From the IMG/VR virus record IMGVR_UViG_3300028767_000022, positions 1 to 61,450 of that record: a stretch of 61,450 nucleotides of DNA; one strand, 5' to 3'. Below, piece by piece: positions 23,301 through 31,600 of this stretch; within the stretch, counting starts at the first letter, position 1, and each line of letters opens with the position of its first letter. Made by a program: the position numbers and the translations under genes. A model generated the notes under the pieces. It did no database searches, was not told the DNA's origin, and saw nothing but the letters and a program-made list of their open reading frames with translations. Origin of the DNA: a virus. Its lineage: Duplodnaviria > Caudoviricetes.

Positions 23301-25632
23301 TTACAGTACTGGTGACAATCATGCTTCAAATACCGTTAAAATATCTGAATATGATAGACGCGACTTAAGTATACCTACAGAGGATGGTGGCACTATGAGC
23401 TACTACGATTTTGTTAGAAACAAATTAGGTGATTTGTCTAATATGGATGAAGCTTTAACTGATACTGATTTGCAGGACATATTTATAAACAAATGGTATG
23501 ATAAGGACTTAGTTTCTACTGTAGAAAACTTCACTATGGACTCAGATCCAGAAGTTGATGATGGCAAACCATTTAAGGTGCTTATGCCTCAGATAATGTC
23601 TACTAAAGGGATCGATGGAGTGCAATATCCATTATCATTTGTTAATACTAAGTCATGGCCATTATTTGGGAAAGACGAACAAGGAATTGATACTTATTAT
23701 CATGCTCCGTTTGTCAAATTACAATTCTTCCCAGAAGAAGGAAATCCATTCCACGTATTATACAAATGGGTTGGAAATGTTCCTACTGATAGTGAAAAGA
23801 GTCCATATCAACCAATGTATATCGCTATTGACAAAAAAGGTAGTAAGAAAGATGCAGTTTCGGTTGTAGAGCATAACTCTGATAAGTCAATGATTAAGGC
23901 TAATATATTACCTCAGTCATTCAATGGAGTTAATAAAATTACTGGAGCTGAATATGCTCAAGCAAGAGTTTATGCAGAGGAATATAATAGATTACTTAAT
24001 AGTCGTAGAGAGCAGAATGAACTATTCAATTTCGATGATGAAATATACGATCCATATAATTTAGTAGAAGATATATCTAGTACTGAATTAGAATCTGTAA
24101 TTAGTTCTGCCGTCGAAGTGGCAATTATATCTGGAGATTATACTATAGCCAACCTAGAGCAGATGCTTGATACGTATGATAGCGTTCCAAGTGAGGCTAT
24201 GAGACAGGCTAAGTATGAATTCGCTAAACGCATTTTAGAGCGATCTGACGAACTCACTCCTTCGACTGACATAATTAATCAAACTGGAGAAGAAAGTGTC
24301 TTAGAAGCGATTAAAACAAGCGTGGAGGCCTATCTACGACCTATTTTAGAGGCCAACAAAGCAGATGAACGAGAACCTCTGAGTTTGGATTTTGGTGAAA
24401 ATATAAAAACTATTTCTTTATCTAATATTAAATACTCCAGAGATTTAGTAGAGAAAAACCCAAAAACTATTTATGTGTTTACAGATAATACTGATAGAAC
24501 TTCTGGTACTACGCCAAATGTAGGGGGATGGTATGCGAAGAAATACGGAGAAGGATTGTCTTTTGGATCAGTCAATAATCCTACTACAGCTGTAATACGA
24601 GGGGCTAATAACGCATTCCCAATTAGTACTATGAAGTGGTTTTATAAAAATCATAATGTTTCTGTAAATGATGCTAGATGGATAGATTCTGATATTGTTC
24701 AATTTAAATCAACTATAGATGATGAAATAAATCAGATAAAAATAGCTCTATCGACTGGAAATTATGACAATGTTGTAATCCCTAGCGGAGATGGATTTTT
24801 TAATTCTAAAATAGCAGATATATCAAAAACAAGAACACCCGTATTATATGATTATCTAAAGAATGCGTGGTCTAATTTTGAAAATGAAATATCTAGGAAA
24901 GACAATACTAAAAGTGCTGTTTCAAATAAAGAAGCAGTATTAGAAATTACCTCAAAAGATAGAATTATATGGGCTCATCCTGGAATAGGTAAATCATATG
25001 CCAAAGAACAAGGAGAGGATATAATAGTATTGGATGACGATTACAAGGAAGAACATAGGGCTCTTATTAAAATGAAAAGAGATGGTGCTCCTGCTGTTGA
25101 ATATGAACAGGCTCTGTTAGATTATTGGAATAAGGCAAAAGAAGATGCAAAAGAATCTGGTAAACAGCTGTTTGTGTCTGATCTTCCTATACTGAAAAGG
25201 TTCCCAGATGATTTTGACAAGGTATTAAATATGTCTGACGAAACATTTGCTAAACGAAGCGAGCAGAGAGGAGAGGTGTGGGATAATGAAAATGCAAGTT
25301 GGAAAGTCGCTATTAACGATGTAATGGGTACTTTAGACCAAAGTAAAGTAGTTACTACTGACAGATATATGTCTGATATACTAGGAACTAAAGAAAGCAT
25401 ATTGCCAACTCTTGCCCCAGTAGCTCAATCTGAAATAGAAAGAAATGTAAATGACATTGCTAAGTTTAGAGAAGCACAAGGACTAAACGTAAAAACTGTA
25501 GAGGAATTGTGGTCTACTTATAGATTTAAGATAGCAAGGAAAGCTCCTGGAACTACAATGGCTGACATACAAAAAGTGTCCGATGAAATTGGATTAGATA
25601 AATTAGAAGAATATATCAAAAAATGTTATTAA
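11368..25632 (+). CDS. Giant virion-packaged DNA-dependent RNA polymerase polyprotein (two-barrel family) with zincin-like and C-terminal accessory domains
   Basis: YRIPTQG..S followed by catalytic GSDFDVDK (DFDVD at 21454-21468); VDVAKDP; HEAFH at 17032-17046; P-loop AHPGIGKS near 24973. Confidence 0.92.
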   Translation: MTKQEIRAALNSGSMRWSDLNPASAVSNRSYRRQELEDELRKSEQESAVASEPQKPTKPVQNTAVNQSEQTSQDAVFNPATDSIVPTDTISPELREKATKELKTSEKGIVAPNNQQSKTKKDYSLFDLAGNSFKNFAGGVYNTGMTWFEAKTLNEITPLLEAKDILSESANDPNTYKLIDLYAKGQTKNFTPYVAPSDPVRDKLNAEEKWKYDLNKQLEKNAVDSPDLLDNVVSAFKAPLRVLDSWAKNPTKILGDIENPIRSIFGDTDQNNRIFKNSAGDIQKDQRADRQDRFDVRSGKTTIGSDLLAGVNEGASKTTAPMLLGTSLIDGTILPKIAPYAAAAYGAYSNSDAVNQNTGWRRLDPAEIPDELQETNARLGNSIIALSKMNGKFRDKFPSIDEIVAGKNINNTSAGKDWKDKATKALYEDYKANKDWAGKFQYMKDRTAAPDEEINTEYPTLANVTQSLGASSSMIVPMIVNQAATAAVSGLTRGLISANGTRPVLDYLVTKGGILSGAMSNAYMSVKSRESEAYSQLLPSYTKRFSEQLAKEKDPTTGLSYDIFDGKSFSDKKLLEIVDRNKSLSSLNSSDVQKNGNIGYSSVLSNYDNAISELNKTGALSKETRGKLLSDIQSGFLKTKIDDKINSARSHALSGVDEYLREYMSMLAIDMAQNSYISAPFNANKIAAVNKFDQSLFGSINRTSEMVSDYLVNSTAGKMVNKVNNFSLAGVRVGAVPEFVGRTGKRMVVEGLSEAFLEENPQQLIQYKYEDGKLKDSNNLMDAITNTANFAVSAHLAQWGVGEDAKYQKGINENFVMTLLTTSIHTGVMGLPGTIKEMSNAQKEQKAKAFVKGNVIKDMQTADRVNKTNVYVDAVTKGKEEYIVNYLNELAQNPPEGISTEDIKDEARIAQRTMAVANNKKILGYANRAGGVGSEAHKLLTALFIDHEESANQDKFEAVSNLSEFEAVKRDKFKDSSFKEFFDQHNENNPENPISTASQNDIFNAIAEAKVLNSILFVNKAKDKISQTKLDVLNRSLNKERNAAVTNLHNQLISNGLISKEDVSDPSLDNLLSKVDELDIPSIENDFLIPMGKSKISLMGYDYNNYMKRELMNNPIEKQDKLSTQDHDIYIDEILDAYRTKKKEELEAEKVKEVVDEVKSEVSEEEEPIVPTYESTSEELEHVAEVVPAEAESPIPTETPDIIPIVDTEAGAVEDLTGDVDSMIDEMNSGIQSDIVEPDQNPDKPVDIEPSIVDNNAEVLADIKDNNDLEEVYSEPDTEIINDLSDDITGLISTETAKHDRISRTLFADVKIPIIREFLMNPDAFKSAKVKIVVNRHRSGTTNTYTVPASVNQNGVKNTITGEDYTALNDFDVNLPETWDNAFIKVDIKFQDGKIERALIFTMKNPGERDIVVDDSGMKKYSPEEVQALRDFRNSIISEYAKTIADPSLELRMKNGFERGIAKYALNRDKNGRAVQRALNEIVGLIDESDVNKLGVHNLTVAYGRGERGGNLVVSLFESMGISNSENSGSIFITKPDPLNSNEEVKIKVNKTRFSDEAGTAELVYKLAVDMRGSTAKQITISDKGEVIETTDTSPYGLTPALLLSRIVNFDRKTNVSADGKDFLKNKQFYVESGILHYSENTIPLSLIKENEKAEILKFINDNLTWIVDKNDLWNSDNNTDNLVSDLFPGIKSYLDRNSDKGSVSFAPGVTFSKEDMGITWTAWLIKNKKLVSDIGDGVFEPPFLFMTDVVAVPRGSEDIVSIKDGAYNTSPVAEVKSSVADDVATEYTPDPTEIAEETKTPAAEVKPLDFFDDFMGGVPSLIDVNNLPTSTLDAESAVRFLREKLGDNFEASVIDDVIALANGGFAQGLTGNDLILLSRLAQKGTEFHEAFHRASLLLIPRRRRMAIYDNIRNTNEEFKNATDSQIEEMLAEKFRERVLSNEVDIANGTVVNRVFRKMYNALNAYNNFKDRDVERLFRDIELGILKGARPSKGNLHEFAKKYEEGAPKRFRESGLTTIKTVEAKDRIVNSLSYYLFRISGIETIDNISKLDFNGLKASIAKLAEKYKAIPERQTQYELFTEIHDRFDDYFLKEIKKSVKNTGITELTDTKDDLNEEIVSKEAASHDKASYEISKRDNIRAEVKFFIRTIPESEMVNNTAAPKADPLSLLPSFVKFELAWNTMIYELHKENTVQKMKDKISSLANEKKNPFFIMLERRLATVDDNFLTKFWNTMYSHRHDYINTVYNANSTKDGNDYEKSIRNISSNIDRAERELPIFWGQNILSGGVVYSMTENGRVFNKKNAEAIVEAYKALAKSVHKNMTTEEANKSLEVFTSLLSKLSIDVDGETMDFMINNKYPGFSREQAINAIINDYKSTAQIFTTILPDIIKKDGNKGNIKLKEVTPKVLFGGERSIKEYALAYAKVHPNANETMAYGADGATLYQISSRNAVTDVIDRVSGDAAYLKDVLSVPINQGSILFNQIANGTSKGISFGTFVKIYEEGVADQGRDYFDISPLEDYTIKMTNLLSGNIALPAMADKKTYGFIFGIKMPDMVSRGRGVQRMSWFNNQISYPKEAVDIFDGYYKAEFEAIKQAWQQVKDANGTKDQLVENYHYQGAKSNKWAGGHGNGLRFRYMDILHVNSTTPGDQFNGVFDLNDYIDNVIKTKGPQIGEVAAMDEAIARLDKKFFSESYENRSKMISSTITSLVKKEIDYAAEIGLITKNEVNYVATMDNEATGVKIGDKVNSISYFNNAIDASIFNFNLEQYKKAGIDSKSVNMVAITNIMANTTINSIISEFETDKLISKDSAFYLNTDDKTKRLSSVLSTGTALRTSFPQGHVLQGISSFNVAEVSDSIIKSTELGTIKNMSYAAQVNRLMQQSGVDVISDLSDIYSDPNRKAELDELKGKFPKQFNLAEALVDAQSKEYEKVNVTDATAYISPYMYRSLMTRLGEDYFTPEMNEIFDILESDDFSWMNDPTKYAKVEDLAIHPLKMVYFGESFQNGLNIPKLNKMALFILPKFLATGDLKTLYDRMNNPAAGQQKVDMVAFSTAVKVGTDKPVSIHNDKNEQELSDLSKMKVVPQSFDYLRHQLPTEPHEGAEMSIATQVQKASMGNIVATDIYPNIEINGKKGATGAQLVQEWNGAMSELSDRGKIEVEKQFGIKVDETTGNYSFNTEKMYNFLAQEAEKSNMPSDVVEILGEYDKENPDANPLQALVDNAFVESKILSNILKKTVDIKAPGGMFIQMTPFGLKHMDDSSAAYRINGGKKLRFLNSDGSMDCVVSITLFKDRLPQELNTYDEKVNWLRENNVIGENANPAAMGYRIPTQGLSSVSGLKIVDVLPEFMGDTIVLPYEFTALTGSDFDVDKLYITRLNYETSYTYDKDEATEKEREAEYTTYINTPNFSPRAKKDIVRAEIPNFDDDRARVEFANKRGYFYDIKNSAWATVRHEGVEKTQMDDSKADKWKENSTKAIQNRFIDVMMAVVTNPNSVNETRIPLDAMKGEVLKTLAIIDEKSGGQVKLSGMDKATLSYESKKKIEYSGGKQGIPTFALAGVHHVLTQIAKLRFKNNGTVNKFGLANLGDIYGKDGVRILDWLSAMVNAHVDVAKDPYIIRMGVNQYTHKMTSLLLRTGYGAKTFLFLSQPALKEAYKIMDTKGSEYLSGVRNAKSTTIEKQVDLLIVQYKENARKSAKNDYDRAQFKKLYKEGKYGKEVIQNENVFDNLNLVNGLARKDKTFDYYYHQLIALETFKELSPLASSLAEVVKYSQVDTKKAGNSFSSQRLFFNKVKELISTKSSFANLPELFLNTFIYKKLQNSAGLAAKLGQGVLFRTTKSVEISADKVLAAAGRYGQDNRELISKVNKYIDSKIKSEFFDKLAEDRGVNVPGLFFGSNTIAKRLFAIQQKFPQETQDNVFLRGMSAEMYAPFEQERPDHIRPRNNNTNEPGLVEEIKQHFSSLLDSQNAEIKKFAEDFILYQFYSTGDNHASNTVKISEYDRRDLSIPTEDGGTMSYYDFVRNKLGDLSNMDEALTDTDLQDIFINKWYDKDLVSTVENFTMDSDPEVDDGKPFKVLMPQIMSTKGIDGVQYPLSFVNTKSWPLFGKDEQGIDTYYHAPFVKLQFFPEEGNPFHVLYKWVGNVPTDSEKSPYQPMYIAIDKKGSKKDAVSVVEHNSDKSMIKANILPQSFNGVNKITGAEYAQARVYAEEYNRLLNSRREQNELFNFDDEIYDPYNLVEDISSTELESVISSAVEVAIISGDYTIANLEQMLDTYDSVPSEAMRQAKYEFAKRILERSDELTPSTDIINQTGEESVLEAIKTSVEAYLRPILEANKADEREPLSLDFGENIKTISLSNIKYSRDLVEKNPKTIYVFTDNTDRTSGTTPNVGGWYAKKYGEGLSFGSVNNPTTAVIRGANNAFPISTMKWFYKNHNVSVNDARWIDSDIVQFKSTIDDEINQIKIALSTGNYDNVVIPSGDGFFNSKIADISKTRTPVLYDYLKNAWSNFENEISRKDNTKSAVSNKEAVLEITSKDRIIWAHPGIGKSYAKEQGEDIIVLDDDYKEEHRALIKMKRDGAPAVEYEQALLDYWNKAKEDAKESGKQLFVSDLPILKRFPDDFDKVLNMSDETFAKRSEQRGEVWDNENASWKVAINDVMGTLDQSKVVTTDRYMSDILGTKESILPTLAPVAQSEIERNVNDIAKFREAQGLNVKTVEELWSTYRFKIARKAPGTTMADIQKVSDEIGLDKLEEYIKKCY
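24232..24317. repeat. 86-bp helically phased quasi-palindromic element, copy inside the vRNAP gene
   Basis: Its reverse complement aligns without gaps to 46405-46490, sharing TAAGACACTTT, ATCG and terminal TAAAAT at identical offsets. Confidence 0.5.
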
Positions 25633-25653
25633 TAAAATGTTATAAAACGAATT

Positions 25654-28600
25654 ATGAATTGCGTAAACATTAATAGTAAGGACTTTAAAGGTCTTTTAAA
25701 AGAAACAGGACTACCTTCTCTCCTTCTGGAGACGAGGGTAGCTCAGTATCAGGATGAGAATGGGATAGATTCCTGGCCTTCTGCAGATGACGTTAGATCA
25801 TCCAGACTAACTCATACTGATAAAGTACGAAAAGAAATAAATAGTAAACTTCCGTCAGAGGTTGCAAATTCTATAAATATAGTAGATAAAGTTCCAAACG
25901 AGATCCTCGGAAGAGATGATTTATATTTGTCTATTAAAGGTCTACTTGAAGATAAAGGAATTACAGACCCATTACTAATAAATTGGGTTGGAATAAACAA
26001 GGATGTCATAGGGAATATAAAAACTATAAGAGATTCTGAACATTTACAAGAGCTTGTTCAATCCTCATATGACAAAAAATCGAACAAATCTAACTACGAA
26101 GAATTCAAAACTAATAAGGTGGCTTCTGATAGTTTTGACGAATGGGTTGAGGCATTAGAAAAATATCCATTAGTGTTTAGAGATATAATTCTGTCTCATG
26201 CAACAAAATATATTACAAAAGTAGATAGAGAGTCTAAATATGTATTAAGTCTTAGTAAGGTCGCACTTACAAATACATATGGAACTCTAGTAAATAAGCC
26301 TCACGAGGCTAATAGGCTTGGTAAAATATATGATGAAGAGGCCTTAAAGTCTACGTCCGATGCGGTTGATCACGAACCATCTGCAAGTGGTAATGGATAT
26401 TGGGTTCACGTCCCTATGACTCCATCTGATTCTGAAATGGAATTTGAATCATATTCTGATTTGAAGAAAGCCATAGTTGGGCTAGAGGCAAAAGTGAATC
26501 GAATTGAAGAATTAAAGTCTGCTCCTCCTAAATTTTACAAACAAGAGCCTAGCTTGACTGGAGAAGCTGTTAATGAATATGGATTTAATGATTACTCATA
26601 TGTTAGAGTAGAGAGCACTTATAGTAGAAGCGGAAATGGGTATGAGAGTGAATTAGGAAGAGGATACGAAGGGTATTATATTCATGGATACAATACGGAT
26701 AAAAGAAAAAACCTAGATACTAAAATATTGGCTATCTCGAAGGAACAGGCAGAAAAAATATGGTCTGACGAACTAGCTAGATATCCTAATTCTAAATATG
26801 ACGCACATGATAGCAATGAGATTCTCAATTTGCCTGTATTTATTCTAGAATTAAACAATTTAAAGAGATATTTAGCTAATACTAGTGAGGAATCATGGTC
26901 TAAGCGTAATGACATTTTTAATGAAAATGTTTCATTACTTAAAAAACTATCTCCTAGTACTTGGTGTACTTCTGGTTCTATGACCAAACATTATGTTAGA
27001 AACTACGATAATTATCTTTTGATAGTTAATGGAGTAACTGTTGTAGGAATAGAGGCTTCTGATGAGACAAATGAAAATGGCAAGATAAATGTAAATGAAG
27101 TAACTTCTAGAAACAATAACGGCATAGCATCGATAGATCATCTTGACGACACATTAGCATTTTTTGAAAAACACAATCTAGATCCAGATAATAGCACAAT
27201 AAAATCCGCACAAAATAAAAAAGACCTAGGAAAGAACGATAAAGATGTTTCCAGGGATAATGACTACGACGAGAATGATTTTTGGGGAGATCAAGAATTC
27301 AATATGGATCATGATCACAACTATGAACCAGACTACGATCCGGAACAGGAGATGTATGATTATGCTAAATCTAATATAGATAATTTTATACTTGAAAATC
27401 ATATTAATAACGCAAGGGAATTTCTTAACGCCAATCCAAGTCGCGTAATTTTCGAAGGGTTAGTATATTATGCTCCAGAGTATCTTCAAACTAATGACGA
27501 AGTTCAAGCATACGTTGGAGCTACAATTGAACCTCATAATATTATTTATGCTGGAGTAGGAACTGACTATAGGGATAATATAGTTAGGTATATCCTTAAT
27601 AATTATCCAAAGATGTATGAATATCTTGGAGCCGAGGAAAAATTAAATCCAGAATATAAGGATTTATATGATTCATTTTTAGAAAGACAAGAAGCTGCTA
27701 TAGAGGCAGAGAGAGTAAGGGTTGCAAATTTAACTCCAGAGGAGCGAGAAATGGAAAACGTGATTAACAGGAATCTACCATTCTCAAAAACAAATAACAA
27801 CTCTATACAGGGATATTATGATCCGAAGACAGATAAGGTTATAGTTGTAGCAGAGAATACCCCGGTAAATGAATCTAGCAAAGTCGCAATACACGAGGTA
27901 GCTCATAGGGGAATGATTAGAATGGCTAGAGAACTTGGTGGCACCGAAGAATTACACACTGCTCTTATTTCTTCAAAGAAACAACTCATGGAGAAATTGC
28001 CAGATCTATTAAAAAGAACTGGGCATAACACTCTTGATGAGTTAATGACTGATTATGGATTTAACCCAGAATCAAAAGAAGGCGAATTGAAGCTTCTTAT
28101 GGAACTTTCTGCCAGATGGTCGGAAACATTAATAGACAAGCCTAAGCCGTCTTGGTGGAAGAAATTACTTGGATCTATTAAGAATTGGCTTAAAAAATTC
28201 GCAAATATAACATTGTCTGAGTCTCAGGTAGATGAACTTGTTGGTGGATTTGTTAAATATGGATCTAAAGAGAATGTAGAATCAATTAAAGATAGCCAAA
28301 CTATAAATGGAGTTGCTGTATCTAAGTCAATAGATGCTATATATCAAAGAAACTTAAATAAAATTCAAACTGGCGTAGATTCTCTGAATAAAGAATATGA
28401 GAATAAGCCTATATTTCAAAAAGACTATTTAAGACTTTCAAAAGAATATAATGATATTGATGGTAAAAATAGCGTATCTAGAATAGAAATATATAAAGTA
28501 TATAATCCTTCCGCAGAATATGGCAATCCTAGTGATGTTTATGTTCGATTTAAGGCAAAGGACTGGGCAAATAGAGAGGCCTATGATGCTGCTGAAAAGG

Positions 28601-31600
28601 AGTACAAAGACTCAAAGAACGCACCATTTACCGAAGACGCTAAAATTCAAATGACCACCGGAAAGCCAGAGCAGTTAAATCTTGAGTTTCCGGCTAAATT
28701 AGCAGAATCTCAGAAATGGACTAAAAATAGAATGTCCAGATCTACTGTAAATGCAATCGGGTCTATAGCCAATAAAATTAAAAATAGATTTGGTATAGAT
28801 TTCCAAATAGTTTCAATGGAAGAAGGAATTAGATTATATAATCTTAATACTTCTACAAATAAGCAAATTAAGAGAGGTGATTTATTACTTGGATTCTACG
28901 ACCCTCAGAAGAACACTGCATATCTAATAGGTAGTCGATTAAACAGAAATACTACAGTTCATGAAATGTTTGGTCACCCATTCTTGGAGATTATAAAAGC
29001 TACTCCTGAATTGAAGTACATTTACAATCAATTAGCATTAGAGACAGTCCGTCACTACAAAGAGCTGGCTGAAATAAACTCTATTTACAAACAATTTGCA
29101 GATGCTGAAAGATTAGACGAGTCCATTATACATGCATTAGAAGGGAAGATTAGTGAAAAGACTACTCCTCCTGGACTAAGAAGTGCAATTCATGATTTCT
29201 GGAAAGCTATTACAGACTTCTTTAAGAAGTTGTTTAGTAAAAGAGATTTTGTTGAAGAGATTAGACCTGATGCTACATTAGAAAGACTTGCAGATTGGTT
29301 ATTGTATGGTGAAGATCAACTTAGTTTAGTTGGTGGAAAACAAAGAACTATGATGGAATCTGAAATCAATCAGGTTCTGGACAAATTAGATCCTAAGAGA
29401 TTGGGCGAGTTTACTCAAAGAAAGATAACTTTGAATGAAGCTGTCAAATTTAACAATGACGTTACTGGCGAGTTGGCCAGAGAGGCTATGGTTAATGATG
29501 GAGTATACGATATGGAGTATATACGTGCAAATGTATTGTCTAAATTGACCAATGTTAATTTTGGAACTAAATCCATAGAATATGCTAGCGGCAATCAAAT
29601 GGCTACATTCGAGTACAATGATATGGGTAATTCTATACTTATAACTGACATTTCTATAAAAGATAAGTCTAGTAGAGTAGATATACCATTCATAGTTCTG
29701 TCTATTGTTAACTCACTAGATAGAACAAATCACAATGAAGTGCTACTTAGAATTGACAAAGATACTAAAGCATATGAAGCATTGACCCAAGTAATAAAAG
29801 AAGACGCCATATCCTGGAAATCCGTGGATGGAGATAATTATTTAGTATTCAGTCAAGATAATAATAGGATAGCCAACATGGCCGCTCTTGGAAGAAAGTC
29901 TAGACTTAGAAAAGCTGCTGCTTCTATAGTAATACCTGGTGCTACTAGCAAAGAGACTTCAATGCCTACTAGTGATGAGACCATGTTAAGCAATGCTGAA
30001 ACGTTGATGCACGATATTAAGGTTGGTTTGAATGTTCGATTAAAAACTCTTGAGAGAAATAAGAATATAGATGCCAATACGAAGGATGAGATTAGCAGGC
30101 TAGTTAAATCATTGGAGAATAATAACGTAGCCACCAATGCAGTTAACTTTATTAAGTTCGCTAGCATAGATGTTTCTAAATCTGCAGAAAGATTAGAGAA
30201 TATGTTTAATGCCATGAAAAATGGAGAGGACATATCTAACTCTGATGTTAACTATATTGAGAAATACTTCTTGCCATTGTACGAAAAGACAATGACTTCT
30301 ATCCATGAGATATATCAAGCCAAGGACTATGGTATATTTAAAGGATTATCTGCTCATGTTATAAACGACCTCATACACAGAGTTTCTGAGGTAAATAAGA
30401 CTGTTGATGATATGAATAGAATTGTTAATATCATAATTGACAAGAATTCTACTAAATTATTCTCAGATATCGCAGATGATGCAGAATCTCCTACGATGAA
30501 AGACGTACTTATGAGAAGTAGAGAGGTCTCTTCAGACTTACCTGCGCTTGGAGTATTCTTTGGTAGTATGGATGACAAGAAATCTGAGCATTTAAGAGCC
30601 TTAGATAAGCTAGTTGTTGATGTTCAGACTCAAGTTACTAAAATAGTAGCTACTGATGGAACGCTATCGGATCTTGCAAATTCATTTACGCATCTGAAAG
30701 GAATAAACCCAACTACTACTTATAAGGAATTCATGGAGCACGTTGATGGTAAGGCCACTGGATATGCTACTTCTGATTTACTTAGAGGTCAGTTCAATAA
30801 GGACCTTGCTAATTTTAGAAAAGAACTTGCTAAGAAATATGGATTAGTTGGTGAATATACTACTCCTACTGATTTAGCTGAGTATAAGAAATATATAGAG
30901 GAATTAGATGACTGGAAATCAGAACATGCAGAAAGAATGTTTATGCCAGAATATTATGAGGCAAAGAAGGTTCTATCATCTGAAGCTGCTGAAGCCCTGC
31001 ATGAGGCAAAAGAAAATCTAGCTTCATTTGGATTAGCATTTAAAAATGAGGAAGGATTCTTGGATACAAGACTTATGACTCCTGCTGAATTAAATGCATA
31101 TCATGAACTTAGAAGACTAAAGAATAATCTTACTTCTATCGTATATCTGAATGGTGAAGAGAAGATGCCTGGTGGATTAGATAGACAGATTGCTAATGAA
31201 ATATCTGAATTCTATAAGAAAATCAATAAAGGTATTGACTATCAGACTAGAAATGAGTTATTTGATAAGACATATAAAGAAGTATTAAAAAACATGTCTG
31301 CTGAGGATGCTGATCTTTGGTGGAAACAAAATACTAAAATATCATTTGAACAGAAATTCTGGGATCAATTGACCTCAATGGAAAAGAATCCTCAGATACC
31401 TGTATATGACGACTTGTATGAGAAGAGAAAGGCAATTCTAAACTTATATAGAAATCAGGATACTGGTGAGGTTCCAGCTCAATTATTAGAATCTATTAGA
31501 AATACAAAAGGAGAAACTCTTGCAGAGACTGTTAAGAAGCTTGATTTGGCTATGACTAATGCGAGACTTCAATATCCTCCAAAGCCTGGATTAGGGTTCA

